From positions 114,021-178,020 of the forward strand of contig CAJOJE010000001.1 in NCBI GenBank assembly GCA_905234865.1: a stretch of 64,000 nt of DNA. Direction: 5' to 3'. Both the position numbers and the translations under genes were made by a program. The stretch comes from Candidatus Gastranaerophilales bacterium. GTDB lineage: Bacteria; Cyanobacteriota; Vampirovibrionia; Gastranaerophilales; Gastranaerophilaceae. The stretch's first letter is position 1. Every line of letters starts with the position of its first letter. Positions 9,516 through 19,499 of this stretch are shown in pieces. Under the pieces are notes generated by a model, which did no database searches, had not been told where the DNA came from, and worked only from the letters and a program-made list of their open reading frames with translations.

Positions 9516-10742
9516 TTAAAAATTAAGATATTCTTTCGGTGCCAAAACTACCGTTAAAGGCTCGTTTATCAAGTATTTTTTAACGGATTCCGTAATGTCT
9601 TTTGATGTTACATTTTTAATTTTATTAAGTAATTTTTCGCTAAAATCAATTTCTTTACCGATAATCGAAGAATATCCCGCCGTACTTGCGATTTGCGAAT
9701 TTGTTTGTGTATGTAAATATTTATACTTCCCGATGTAATTTAAAATTGCGCCTTGAATCTCTTCCTGTGTCGGCGGTTCGTCAATTAATCTTTGAATTTC
9801 GGATTTAAATCCGTTTAAAGATTTTTTTATGTTGTTCGGGTCGCAACCTATGTATAACATAAAATATGCACCGTCTTTCATTGTTTTATACGAGCTTCTG
9901 ACCGTATATGCAAGACCCATTTTATCTCTTAATACAACAAATAGTCTTGAAGATAACCCGTTTGCGCCCAAAATATTGTTTAAAACGGCAAGAGTTGCAC
10001 AATCTTTACTTTCTATACCCTCCGTTATCCAACCTTGAAAAATTTGCGCTTGCTTGGCGTCGTTTTTTTCGATTTTAAAAAGGTTTGATTTAAAAGAAGA
10101 AATTCTGTCATTTATCGGTTCAACTTTTTTAATCGATTTCATAAAATCAAGTTTTTCGGTTATTTTGTCGATAAAATCGTTTTCATTTTTTATATCCGCA
10201 GCAATTGAAATAAGCTTTTTGCCGTTCATTAAGTCGTTATAATATTCTGTTACATGCTCTTTTTTAAGATTGTCGATTGTTTCAAGAACTTTTGAATTTG
10301 TTATTCCGTATTTATGATTAATGAATAATTCACGAAGGAATTTTTCGCATGCTTTGGTTGTGGGCGAATCAAGCGAAGCAATTGTTTCGTTTTTAAACTT
10401 GAATACTTCTTTTTCAAAAGAGTCAAAAGTTGAATTTTTCATAAAATCCGAAACAACGTCAAGCGCTTTATTCAAATCTTCATTCAGACATACAATTGCA
10501 ACTTTTAAATAATCCGATTTTGATTCGATACTAACCTCAATACCTTCATTTTCCAACTCTTGAGCAATGGTTTCCGCCGATTTTGTTTTAGTTCCCTGTA
10601 GAAGAAGATTTCCTAAAAGTATATGCGCACCGAAAAAAGGAATAGGTTTATTTGAAGCTAAATAAAGATAAATTGCGCACCTTGGCGTATCTTTGGCATT
10701 CTCAAGAATAATATTTGTATTATTTATAAAAAGTTCTTTCAT
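9516..10742 (-). CDS. M16 family peptidase-like protein, probably the non-catalytic subunit
   Basis: M16 fold-like sequence but no HxxEH zinc motif (GAHILLGNLLLQGT at that position). Adjacent to the catalytic M16 gene. Confidence 0.75.
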   Translation of the reverse strand: MKELFINNTNIILENAKDTPRCAIYLYLASNKPIPFFGAHILLGNLLLQGTKTKSAETIAQELENEGIEVSIESKSDYLKVAIVCLNEDLNKALDVVSDFMKNSTFDSFEKEVFKFKNETIASLDSPTTKACEKFLRELFINHKYGITNSKVLETIDNLKKEHVTEYYNDLMNGKKLISIAADIKNENDFIDKITEKLDFMKSIKKVEPINDRISSFKSNLFKIEKNDAKQAQIFQGWITEGIESKDCATLAVLNNILGANGLSSRLFVVLRDKMGLAYTVRSSYKTMKDGAYFMLYIGCDPNNIKKSLNGFKSEIQRLIDEPPTQEEIQGAILNYIGKYKYLHTQTNSQIASTAGYSSIIGKEIDFSEKLLNKIKNVTSKDITESVKKYLINEPLTVVLAPKEYLNF

Positions 10743-12074
10743 TTACTTTGTTTCCTCCTTTTCGGGCATAAGAACACTTATTGAGGCAAATTCTTTGTTA
10801 AGATATTTTTTGGCAATTTCTTGAAGATAATTTTCATCAATTTCATCCAAAAATTTAAGGTATGAATTGACGGGTTTTAAGTCTTGAAATAAAACCATAA
10901 ATTCACCTATGTATTCCCCGATAGCCGAAACGGTTTCCGCATCCTGCGCAAAATTAACTTTCTCGAATTTTTTTGCCTTGTTTAATTCTTCTTTTGTAAT
11001 TTTAGAGAGTTTGTCAAGTTCATTGTTAATATCTTTTATGACTTCATCTTTTTTATTCGGGTCAAAATTAACGTCAATAAAGAAATTGTCTCCTTCTTTA
11101 AATCTGTAATGAGTTGTATCGACTTCAAAAACGTAAGGTTCGTCGACATTCTCGATTAAGTTTGTATTCAATCTTGAACTTTTGCCGTCTCCCAGTATTG
11201 TGGATATTAAATCAAGAGCAATTGTTTCTTTGAGATTTTTAGGCTCATCGGCCAAAAACCCGTACATCAAATATCCCGAATTTACATGGGATGTGTTTTC
11301 AATTATCTTTGGATGTTTAATTTTGGTTTCAATCGGGAAATTATCCGATTTTGATTTTTCAAACGGCTCATAATTCTTAAATTTGAAAAGTTCTTGAATT
11401 TTATTCGTTACATATTCAAAATCAATATCACCGACAACAACCGTTATCATATTTTGCGGCGTGTAAAACGTTTTATAATATCTTAAAATTTCTTCTCTTG
11501 AAATTGACGATATTATTTCTTTGGTACCGATAACGTTTCTTTTGTACGGGTGATTTTCATACATTGATTCGTTTAAGGTGTTATAAACTTTTCTCCAGTT
11601 TTTATCCTGAATCATTTTGATTTCTTCGATTACAACGTATCTCTCCCTTTTATCCTCAGGCTCAACGCCGTTTATATCGAACGGAGAGCCGATTTCATCT
11701 TCCGGAAAAATCGGGTCAATCATCATATCCGAGTGCATTTCAAGAGCAAGGTCCAAGTTTTCTTTCGGAATTGTTACATAATAAAAAGTATAGTCCTTCC
11801 ATGTCGCAGCATTTATAATTCCGCCGTTTCTCTCTAAAATCCTGTCAAATTCGCCTGCTTTGTATTTATTTGTACCTTTAAACATAAGATGTTCGAGAAA
11901 ATGAGAAACACCGTTATTTAGGGAATTTTCATTAATTGAACCCGTTGCAACCCATGTGCTGATATTTACCATTGTGCTCGGTTTGTAGCATAAAACCAAC
12001 CTGTGACCGTTATCAAAAGTAATTATTTCAACGGGTTTTGTTATATAGGGATATGAAATTGATTCTTTTTTCAT
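10743..12074 (-). CDS. M16 family zinc metallopeptidase (pitrilysin-like)
   Basis: Inverted zinc motif HFLEH (GVSHFLEHLMFKGT), 443 aa. Confidence 0.87.
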   Translation of the reverse strand: MKKESISYPYITKPVEIITFDNGHRLVLCYKPSTMVNISTWVATGSINENSLNNGVSHFLEHLMFKGTNKYKAGEFDRILERNGGIINAATWKDYTFYYVTIPKENLDLALEMHSDMMIDPIFPEDEIGSPFDINGVEPEDKRERYVVIEEIKMIQDKNWRKVYNTLNESMYENHPYKRNVIGTKEIISSISREEILRYYKTFYTPQNMITVVVGDIDFEYVTNKIQELFKFKNYEPFEKSKSDNFPIETKIKHPKIIENTSHVNSGYLMYGFLADEPKNLKETIALDLISTILGDGKSSRLNTNLIENVDEPYVFEVDTTHYRFKEGDNFFIDVNFDPNKKDEVIKDINNELDKLSKITKEELNKAKKFEKVNFAQDAETVSAIGEYIGEFMVLFQDLKPVNSYLKFLDEIDENYLQEIAKKYLNKEFASISVLMPEKEETK

Positions 12075-12433
12075 TTAAGATCCTTTCTAAGGGTTTGTGC
12101 GTTTCCGAGATAACAATGTTTAATTTCTTTTTGGGTTTTATTTGTATTAAATGTTAAAAGCATTCTTAAACACAAAGGAATTGACCCCTCAACTTCCATT
12201 TCTCTGTAACACATCATCGGGATTAAATCAAACCCGAGTTCAAGCCTTGCGTATTTTGCGGGAAAATCGGCATTAATGTCGTTTGTGACCGTATAAATTA
12301 CAAAGGCAATATCGTCTTTGTTGATGTTATTTTTTTCAAGTACTTCTTTTGTGAGTTTTATTGTGGCATTTTTTACTTCTTCTTTAGAATTATTTTCTAA
12401 CGTAATTGCTCCTCTAACCCCCCTTAATTGCAT
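12071..12433 (-). CDS. aroH: chorismate mutase, AroH type
   Basis: 120 aa starting MQLRGVRGAITLE, followed by ..FPAKYAR.., closely resembling monofunctional AroH of Bacillus. Confidence 0.8.
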   Translation of the reverse strand: MQLRGVRGAITLENNSKEEVKNATIKLTKEVLEKNNINKDDIAFVIYTVTNDINADFPAKYARLELGFDLIPMMCYREMEVEGSIPLCLRMLLTFNTNKTQKEIKHCYLGNAQTLRKDLK

Positions 12434-13377
12434 TTAATAACATCTCCTTTATTGATTTTTGCTCCCAAACTCCAGTCGTAAGCCGACATTTCTTTTTTTC
12501 CTTCGGGTTTTACCTTCGTAATTAAAACGGCATTTGTAGAGCACCCGATTAAAATTCCTTGCTTAGAAATGTTCAATACTTCACCCGCTTCTTTGGGTAA
12601 ATCGCATTCAACGGATTTTGATTTTAAAACTTTGATTAGTTTGCCGTTAAATTGAAAATGCGTTGTGTTTATACCGCAATATGCCCTTATTTTGTTATGT
12701 ATAACAGATGACGGACAGTTAAAATTTAAAATTTTGTCATCATTTGTCATTTTTTTTGTAAAGGTTGCTTCGCAAGCATTTTGTTTTACGGGCTGAATTT
12801 TATGTTCATATAAACCTATAAGGGTTTCTTTAATTAAGCTTGGAGAAATGTTTGAAATTTTATCGCATAAGATAGGATAATCGGTTTGTTCATCCAGCTT
12901 AATTTCTTTCGTCAGACAAATATCGCCCGCATCGAGTTCTAAAACGGTAATCATTGTCGTAACACCCGTTTTGTCATCTCCCCTTAAAAGACATTCGCAA
13001 ATCGGGTTTGCGCCTCTGTATTTAGGAAGAAGACTTGCATGAAGATTAATTGTATAAAATTTTGGAATATCAAGAACTTTTTGGCTTAAAATTTGCCCGA
13101 AAGCAAAAGTAACAAAAAAATCCGGGTTTAAACTTTTGATTTTTTCTAATACCTCATCGTCTTTTGAAACCTTAACGGGTTCAAAAACAGGAATATTCCT
13201 CTCTATTGCCTCCTTTTTAATCGGAGAATCAATAATTTTTTTACCTCTGCCTTTTGGTCTTGCAGGCTGTGTTACAAGGGCGGAAACGTTAAATGCGTTG
13301 TCATCGAGTAAAGATTTAAAACTGTTTAAGGCAATATCGGGAGTTGCAAAAAACACAACATTGATTTTATTCATCAT
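12424..13377 (-). CDS. fmt: methionyl-tRNA formyltransferase
   Basis: VVFFATPD... QPARPKGRGKK ... NLHASLLPKYRGANPI motifs. Overlaps def in the conserved def-fmt order. Confidence 0.93.
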   Translation of the reverse strand: MMNKINVVFFATPDIALNSFKSLLDDNAFNVSALVTQPARPKGRGKKIIDSPIKKEAIERNIPVFEPVKVSKDDEVLEKIKSLNPDFFVTFAFGQILSQKVLDIPKFYTINLHASLLPKYRGANPICECLLRGDDKTGVTTMITVLELDAGDICLTKEIKLDEQTDYPILCDKISNISPSLIKETLIGLYEHKIQPVKQNACEATFTKKMTNDDKILNFNCPSSVIHNKIRAYCGINTTHFQFNGKLIKVLKSKSVECDLPKEAGEVLNISKQGILIGCSTNAVLITKVKPEGKKEMSAYDWSLGAKINKGDVIKCN

Positions 13378-13945
13378 TTTCTGCCTTATTTAACAGTTCT
13401 TCTTCAATGTCGGGTTCGTCAATCATCTTTGTTTTATCAATCGGCGGAAGATTGTTTTTTTCTAAAACATCAATAGTTTCAAAAACATTTCTCGAGTGGT
13501 CAATAAAAAGAATGCCGTCCAAATGATCGTATTCATGCTGGAGCGCTCTTGATAAAAGCGAACCGTCTTTTGCCTCCGTTATAAACGGTTTTCCGTTTAA
13601 ATTAAGCGCTTTAACTTTGACGTTTGCGTATCTTCTTACATCAACAAAAGCGTTAGGAAAGCTTAAACATCCTTCCTTGTCATGAGATGCGCCTGATTTT
13701 TCGATTATTTTCGGATTGATAAAAACAATCGGATTAAAAGGTTCGTTATCTTTTGAAACATCAATAACGAACATCCTTATATTTTCGCCCACTTGCGGTG
13801 CTGCAAGCCCTACGCCGTTATTTTTATACATGGTATCAATCATGTTTTCGGCGAGAATTTGAATTTTTTTTGATATTTTTGAAATTTCTTTAGACTTTTG
13901 CCTTAGGGACGGTTCCCCGTATTTAACTAATTTTAATATTGTCAT
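13367..13945 (-). CDS. def: peptide deformylase
   Basis: GVGLAAPQVG, EGCLSFP and HEYDHLDG metal-binding motifs. Confidence 0.95.
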   Translation of the reverse strand: MTILKLVKYGEPSLRQKSKEISKISKKIQILAENMIDTMYKNNGVGLAAPQVGENIRMFVIDVSKDNEPFNPIVFINPKIIEKSGASHDKEGCLSFPNAFVDVRRYANVKVKALNLNGKPFITEAKDGSLLSRALQHEYDHLDGILFIDHSRNVFETIDVLEKNNLPPIDKTKMIDEPDIEEELLNKAENDE

Positions 13946-13998
13946 AGTGATTTTATTATACCAAAATTAGCTTTTGTGGGCAAATTATATATAAATTC

Positions 13999-15108
13999 TT
14001 ATTTACCTAAAAGTGCTTTAAGCATAACGGCAACACCAAGCTGTTTATCTACGTGTCCGCTGTCATAAACTCCGTCTGCGACATATTTTCCGGATGTATA
14101 GTTTGTTGTGCCCGCCCAAACGTAGGGAGATGACACACCTTTATTTCTGTATCCCAATCCGTTGTATCTCTCGGCCATATCATACCATGTCGATATATCA
14201 TTTGTAACGGAATAACCTTTAAGTGCGTCAATTGCGGATTCTTCCCAGCTTGAAAACTCGCCTAAGGGGCCGCCGTCATGAAGTCTTGCATCGAAGCTTC
14301 CCGATGCTTCTCTCCAATGTATTGCGGCGATTAATTCCGCAGGAATACCCGTTTTTTGGGATACCGATTGATACCTTGATTTATTTTGTTCGTAATGAGA
14401 TTTGAATTGTTCAAGAGCACTTTGCTGGCTTGAATCAAGATTTTCCGTAAAGTTAAAGTTGACGTCACTTGCATTAACGGAAGGTGTTGATGTTCCGTTT
14501 GAGGTATCGACGTTAAAGGTTCCCGTTTTTGAATCTCTCAAATTAAGCGCAGCTTGTTTTGCTTTTGCTTTATCGTCAGCTTCCGCCGCTTCTTCAAGTT
14601 TTTTAATCTGTTCTTCAAGAGTCGAAGTTAAGCTTACGATTTGTTTCCTTAAATTTTGAAGCTCGGTTGTGGCACTTTGTGCTTCGGAAAGTGCGCTCGA
14701 CATTTTGTCTTTATCTTTGGTGGAACCCATACTGCTGTATGATTTCCTTCGTTTTTCCTCTAATTCATCTATTTTTTTATACAACTCCAGTAATTGCTTG
14801 TCGTAGTTGTCTTGCAATTCATCGAGTTGTTCATCAATTTTTGCGTTTCCCGTTTTATGAGAAGAAGATTTATCATCATCCCCGCTTGTGTCATCGTCGT
14901 CCGTTAATGTATCCGTTTCGTCAATATCTTCATCGGTGTCGTCAATATCAATATCAACATCTATAAATTCGTCCTCGGTTACGATTTTATCTTTATCTTT
15001 ATCCAATTTTTTAAGCTGCTTGTTGGATGTTATTCCGTCTTCTTTAAGGATTTGATAAAGTTCTCTTGATTCAATTTTGTAATCGCCGATTCTGAATGTT
15101 TCGCTCAT
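13999..15108 (-). CDS. coiled-coil protein with C-terminal lysozyme-family-like domain
   Basis: Start moved to the ATG at 15108 (MSETF..., preceded by AGAGG). Architecture is an acidic D/T-rich tract, then a coiled coil, then a C-terminal ..HWREASGSF...YNGLGYR...SPYVWAGTTNYTSGKYVADG.. segment resembling an uncharacterised lysozyme-family domain. No signal peptide. Confidence 0.5.
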   Translation of the reverse strand: MSETFRIGDYKIESRELYQILKEDGITSNKQLKKLDKDKDKIVTEDEFIDVDIDIDDTDEDIDETDTLTDDDDTSGDDDKSSSHKTGNAKIDEQLDELQDNYDKQLLELYKKIDELEEKRRKSYSSMGSTKDKDKMSSALSEAQSATTELQNLRKQIVSLTSTLEEQIKKLEEAAEADDKAKAKQAALNLRDSKTGTFNVDTSNGTSTPSVNASDVNFNFTENLDSSQQSALEQFKSHYEQNKSRYQSVSQKTGIPAELIAAIHWREASGSFDARLHDGGPLGEFSSWEESAIDALKGYSVTNDISTWYDMAERYNGLGYRNKGVSSPYVWAGTTNYTSGKYVADGVYDSGHVDKQLGVAVMLKALLGK

Positions 15109-15127
15109 ATTAACCTCTTTAATTTTT

Positions 15128-16501
15128 TTATGCAAGTTTGGTTGATTCGGTTATTTCTTTACCGCTTAATTGTTTATATATCGATACTATTGATGGTATC
15201 CACCCCGAGTTTGTGCCGTTCGGGTCGTTAGCGGCGCCGACGGGACAATATTTTGCACCGATTGAACTTATATCCGTTAAGCCTAATTTAATATAATTTT
15301 CGGACAAGTTTCTGATAACGGCTTCTATCCCTTCTTCGAGAGTATTGAAGTGTTTTAATTCCATGCAATTTGTGTTGACATCCATATAACCGCCCGGGTT
15401 ATTACAGCTTACGATTGCATTACTTGTTCCCCAGCCTGTTTCACAAGCCATGATTGCTGAAGCCAAATAAGGGTCTACGCCGTATTTTTGGCAGCATTGT
15501 TCGATAAATGCGCCTTTATCTTTTAATACGCCTTGTGAGAAATTGCCCGAAGAAAAAATTTCAGCCAATTTTCCGCCGGTATTTGTTGTGCCTGTTGTGT
15601 TCGTACCGTCACCGGTTCCCGTTGTTGTCGTAGTTGTTGTAGCGGGGGTAGTTGTTGACGATACTTTTTGAACAAGTTCCGCCTTTTTTTGCATTAAACT
15701 TGAAAGTTCGTTTTCCTGTTTTGTTAATGTTTGCTGCAACGTTGAAAGATTTGATTCAAAAGTTGAATCGATTTCTTTAATTTTTTGCTCGGATTGTTTG
15801 ATTAATTTTGACATAGGTGAATCGTCGCCCGAATTTTCTTGAATTTTATCAAGTACGGCGGCTCTTGTTGATTTCTTTTTGTCTAAATTGCTTTTTGCCT
15901 CGGATAATTCTAAGTCGTAATCGTCGACGTTACTTTGAATTGCCGATTGATTGGATAAAAGTCTGTTTTTTTTGAATTGAAGTACGTCAAGAATACTTTC
16001 TTTTTTCTTGTTTGATTTCATGGCTTTATCGACGTTTTTTATTTCTCTGTCGACGTTCCTAAGGCTTTTTTGCTCTTTTGCTCTTTTCTTAGCCGCTTTG
16101 TCGTATTCGTTTCTTGCGTCTTGTTCTTCTTCTTTTGCTTGTTTATATTTTTCTTTTAATTCTTTTAAAAGTTCTTTATTGTCCTCAATTGCTTTTTGTT
16201 GGATATTTTGTTGTTCTTCTATATCCTGAGCCTTTTTCAAAACTAATTGGTCTATTTCGCTTCTTGTTTTCGGGATATCCGTTGTCATTAATTGTTTTAT
16301 TTTTGTATCGACTTCGTTTATCTCACTTGACTGATTTGAATCAATCTTAACCGACACAAGCTCATTTTCGTTAGTTGCGGGAGTTTTTGTTCCCGTTGTT
16401 GAACTTGTGGCCGTTGTTGAAGCTACTGTTTTAGCATCGCCTATACCAAGCATATTTTTAAGCGCCGTCAGCGCCGATGATATTGATGAAATATCAGGCA
16501 T
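15128..16501 (-). CDS. coiled-coil protein with C-terminal glucosaminidase-like peptidoglycan hydrolase domain
   Basis: About 290 aa coiled coil, a poly-Thr linker, then a C-terminal AIMACETGWGTS...NNPGG segment resembling mannosyl-glycoprotein endo-beta-N-acetylglucosaminidase (FlgJ/LytD-type). No signal peptide. Confidence 0.65.
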   Translation of the reverse strand: MPDISSISSALTALKNMLGIGDAKTVASTTATSSTTGTKTPATNENELVSVKIDSNQSSEINEVDTKIKQLMTTDIPKTRSEIDQLVLKKAQDIEEQQNIQQKAIEDNKELLKELKEKYKQAKEEEQDARNEYDKAAKKRAKEQKSLRNVDREIKNVDKAMKSNKKKESILDVLQFKKNRLLSNQSAIQSNVDDYDLELSEAKSNLDKKKSTRAAVLDKIQENSGDDSPMSKLIKQSEQKIKEIDSTFESNLSTLQQTLTKQENELSSLMQKKAELVQKVSSTTTPATTTTTTTGTGDGTNTTGTTNTGGKLAEIFSSGNFSQGVLKDKGAFIEQCCQKYGVDPYLASAIMACETGWGTSNAIVSCNNPGGYMDVNTNCMELKHFNTLEEGIEAVIRNLSENYIKLGLTDISSIGAKYCPVGAANDPNGTNSGWIPSIVSIYKQLSGKEITESTKLA

Positions 16502-16654
16502 TTAATTTTCCTTATGTTTGTATAGTTATATAAAATCTATACATATTTTTATGATGTAAAAAAATAAATAAGTATAGCTTGTAAATATATAAACAATATA
16601 TACTAAACAAAATTTCACAAAAATAAAAAAACTTCACAAAATGTAACAAAAGAA

Positions 16655-16690
16655 TAAAAAAGGACGAATAAAATTACTCGTCCTTTTTAA
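16655..16690 (-). terminator. rho-independent terminator downstream of the GGGtGRT gene
   Basis: AGGACGA / TCGTCCT stem with a 10-nt loop, followed by a T-run on the minus strand. Confidence 0.6.
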
Positions 16691-16709
16691 AATGTTAATC
16701 TCGCAAAAC

Positions 16710-17708
16710 TTACTTTGAAGCTCTTTCGACTGCTACTGCAACCGCAACGGTTGCGCCAACCATCGGGTTGTTACCCATGCCGATAACGCCCATCATTTCA
16801 ACGTGAGCGGGAACGGATGAAGAACCTGCAAATTGAGCATCGCCATGCATTCTTCCCATTGTATCGGTCATACCGTATGAAGCAGGACCTGCGGCAACGT
16901 TGTCGGGGTGTAATGTTCTTCCCGTTCCGCCGCCTGAAGCAACGGAGAAATATTTTCTGCCGTTTTCAAGAGCCCATTTTTTGTATGTGCCTGCAACAGG
17001 GTGTTGAAATCTTGTCGGGTTTGTCGAATTTCCCGTAATTGAAACGTCGACTTCTTCTTTTTTCATGATTGCGACACCTTCCGATACGTCATCAGCGCCG
17101 TAGCATTTTACTTTAGCTCTTTCGCCGTCGGAAAATGCGGTTTCTTTAACAACCTTTAATTCGCCCGTTTTATAATCATATTCCGTTTCAACGTGAGTAA
17201 AACCGTTAATTCTTGAAATAATGTAAGCCGCATCTTTACCAAGACCGTTCAAGATAACTCTTAAAGGTTCTTTTCTTACTTTATTTGCATTTCTTGCAAT
17301 GCCGATAGCGCCTTCTGCGGCAGCAAAAGATTCATGCCCTGCCAAGAAGCAAAAACATTTTGTTTCTTCTCTTAAAAGCATTGCGCCCAAGTTACCATGG
17401 CCCAAGCCTACTTGTCTTGTATCGCCGACAGACCCCGGAACCGCAAATGCCTGCAAGCCTTCACCGATTGCTTCAGCTGCGTCCGCTGCATTTTTAATGC
17501 CTTTTTTAAGTGCAATAGCACAACCTAAAGTGTACGCCCAAGAAGCATTATCAAATGCGATAGGCTGAATTCCTTTAACTATTTCATCAACGTTTATGCC
17601 TTTTGACAAACATAATTCATTAGCTTCATCCAAGGATTTAAAACCGTATTTTTCAAGAGTGATAGCTAAAGTTTTTTCACGTCTGTCTTGTCCTTCAAAT
17701 TTTGCCAT
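16710..17708 (-). CDS. GGGtGRT family protein (function unknown)
   Basis: Contains the eponymous SGGGTGRT motif (..SVASGGGTGRTLHPDNV..), 332 aa. Confidence 0.8.
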   Translation of the reverse strand: MAKFEGQDRREKTLAITLEKYGFKSLDEANELCLSKGINVDEIVKGIQPIAFDNASWAYTLGCAIALKKGIKNAADAAEAIGEGLQAFAVPGSVGDTRQVGLGHGNLGAMLLREETKCFCFLAGHESFAAAEGAIGIARNANKVRKEPLRVILNGLGKDAAYIISRINGFTHVETEYDYKTGELKVVKETAFSDGERAKVKCYGADDVSEGVAIMKKEEVDVSITGNSTNPTRFQHPVAGTYKKWALENGRKYFSVASGGGTGRTLHPDNVAAGPASYGMTDTMGRMHGDAQFAGSSSVPAHVEMMGVIGMGNNPMVGATVAVAVAVERASK

Positions 17709-17734
17709 TTTTCTATTCCTTTAATCTTATTAAA

Positions 17735-18436
17735 CTACTCTTGTCTCGGGTCGATTGTCTTAACGGCGTCAGCAAATCTGCCGTATGTACCGATATTTTT
17801 CTTGAATGCTTCGTTGGGTTCAATACCTTTTTTGATTGCATCCATTACTTTACCCAAGTTTACGAATTTGTATCCTATTATTTCATCATTTTTATCAAGT
17901 CCGAGTTCTAAAATGTATCCTTCGGTCAATGAAAGATATCTTGCGCCTTTTTGCTTTGTCGAATGAATTGTACCGACCATTGAGCATAAGCCTTTACCTA
18001 AATCTTCAAGACCGGCTCCGACGGGAAGTCCGCCTTCCGAGAATGCGGTTTGAGTTCTTCCGTAAACGATTTGAAGGAATAATTCTCTCATTGCAACGTT
18101 TATTGCATCGCAAACAAGGTCTGTATTCAATGCTTCAAGAATTGTTTTTCCGGGGAGAATTTCGGCAGCCATAGCGGCAGAATGAGTCATTCCCGAACAT
18201 CCTACGGTTTCAACGAGAGCTTCTTGAATAATGCCGTTTTTAACGTTTAACGTTAATTTACATGTACCTTGTTGCGGCGCACAGCATCCGCAGCCATGGG
18301 TTAAGCCCGAAATATCTTCGATTTTTTTAGCTTTAGTCCATTGACCTTCCTGAGGAATCGGAGCGGGTTCGCCCTTTACGCCTCTTTTAATACAACACAT
18401 TTGTTCTACTTCGTGTGTAACTTGTATCGTATCCAT
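17735..18436 (-). CDS. NifU/IscU-N-like iron-sulfur scaffold domain protein
   Basis: Cys-rich segment (HGCGCCAP..C) plus VGCSGMTHSAAMAAEILPGKTILEAL, resembling the IscU/NifU N-terminal domain. Directly upstream of the GGGtGRT gene. Confidence 0.7.
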   Translation of the reverse strand: MDTIQVTHEVEQMCCIKRGVKGEPAPIPQEGQWTKAKKIEDISGLTHGCGCCAPQQGTCKLTLNVKNGIIQEALVETVGCSGMTHSAAMAAEILPGKTILEALNTDLVCDAINVAMRELFLQIVYGRTQTAFSEGGLPVGAGLEDLGKGLCSMVGTIHSTKQKGARYLSLTEGYILELGLDKNDEIIGYKFVNLGKVMDAIKKGIEPNEAFKKNIGTYGRFADAVKTIDPRQE

Positions 18437-18502
18437 TTTTGTACTCCTTTTTAATAAAAACTTATTCTATAAATGTAACTTAAAAAAAATTTTTGTAAAT
18501 TA

Positions 18503-18988
18503 TTAAGTTTTTCCCAATGATAAAAGCGACATATCCGAAGCCGAGAAAGATGACCTGATTTTGTTAATTTTCTCAATTGCGGATTTCTTTGAAATATTTT
18601 TTTGCGTATGAATGTTTTGAATAAACGCTTTAGTGATTCCTTCGGGCAAATTATGGTTATTAACGGCAAAGACTTTACCCGTATTTGAATTAACAAGTAT
18701 AATTTTTACGGGAAATTCAACAAAATCCGTCGAGAAAAAATTCTTAACGTTTTCCGTAAACACGCAAGGTATGTCAATCCATTTTAAGTCGGAAAATTTT
18801 ATCAAAAGAAACATAATATCATTTTTGAAATAAAGTTGGAAAAACGGTTCGCAATTAATTGAATTTATAATATTTTCGTAAGGGTTTTTCCATAAAAATT
18901 TTAATAAAAGCCCCTCATCGGATAAATTGGCTATAATCCCCTCTCTGTTCGATATAAATTCTTCGTATATTTTTCCGACTTTATACAT
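18503..18988 (-). CDS. hypothetical protein
   Basis: 161 aa ORF whose start abuts the stop of the parvulin gene. No recognisable family. Confidence 0.5.
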   Translation of the reverse strand: MYKVGKIYEEFISNREGIIANLSDEGLLLKFLWKNPYENIINSINCEPFFQLYFKNDIMFLLIKFSDLKWIDIPCVFTENVKNFFSTDFVEFPVKIILVNSNTGKVFAVNNHNLPEGITKAFIQNIHTQKNISKKSAIEKINKIRSSFSASDMSLLSLGKT

Positions 18989-19353
18989 TATCTTTTGTCG
19001 GCAACCTTTATAACATGCCAGCCGAATTCCGTTTGAACGGGATCGGACATTTCCCCTATCGGTGTTTCAAAAGCCGCTTTTTCAAATTCGGGAACCATTT
19101 GTCCTCTGCCAAACCAGCCCAGATTACCGCCTTGTTGACCGGACGGGCAATTTGAAAATTTTCTTGCAAGCTCTCTGAAGCTTTCGCCGTTATTCACTCT
19201 TGTTATTATCATTTTAGCCTGATTTTTGGTTTTCGTTAAAATGTGATAAGCCCTGACTTCCGTATAACTGTCCGCATTGGGGTCAATGTTTTGCGCAAAA
19301 ACAGGAAGAATTAAATTAAGTAAAATTATTAATGAACCAAAAATTTTTTTCAT
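18988..19353 (-). CDS. secreted parvulin-type peptidyl-prolyl cis-trans isomerase
   Basis: Signal peptide followed by the PpiC motif (..CPSGQQGGNLGWFGRGQMVPEFEKAAF...GWHVIKV). Confidence 0.87.
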   Translation of the reverse strand: MKKIFGSLIILLNLILPVFAQNIDPNADSYTEVRAYHILTKTKNQAKMIITRVNNGESFRELARKFSNCPSGQQGGNLGWFGRGQMVPEFEKAAFETPIGEMSDPVQTEFGWHVIKVADKR

Positions 19354-19499
19354 AAAAATTACCGCCTTTCAGAAGTATTTTTGCATAAAATTAAAAAAAA
19401 TACCTTAATTACTAAGAAACGTATCAAAAAAGAAAAGATATAACCATATCCGTATTATTTTCTGATAGAATGATTTTATCGGAATTTTGGGGAAGTTAT

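Noticed and set aside
18451-18696. 81-aa minus-strand ORF overlapping the 161-aa ORF
   Set aside because: It is an alternative frame of the same region, extends into the intergenic AT-rich DNA, and has no RBS.
19354-19499. NrdR box or B12 riboswitch upstream of nrdA
   Set aside because: Only a weak ATATAACCATAT-like segment is present, with no convincing tandem 16-bp NrdR palindromes and no riboswitch-like GC-rich structure.
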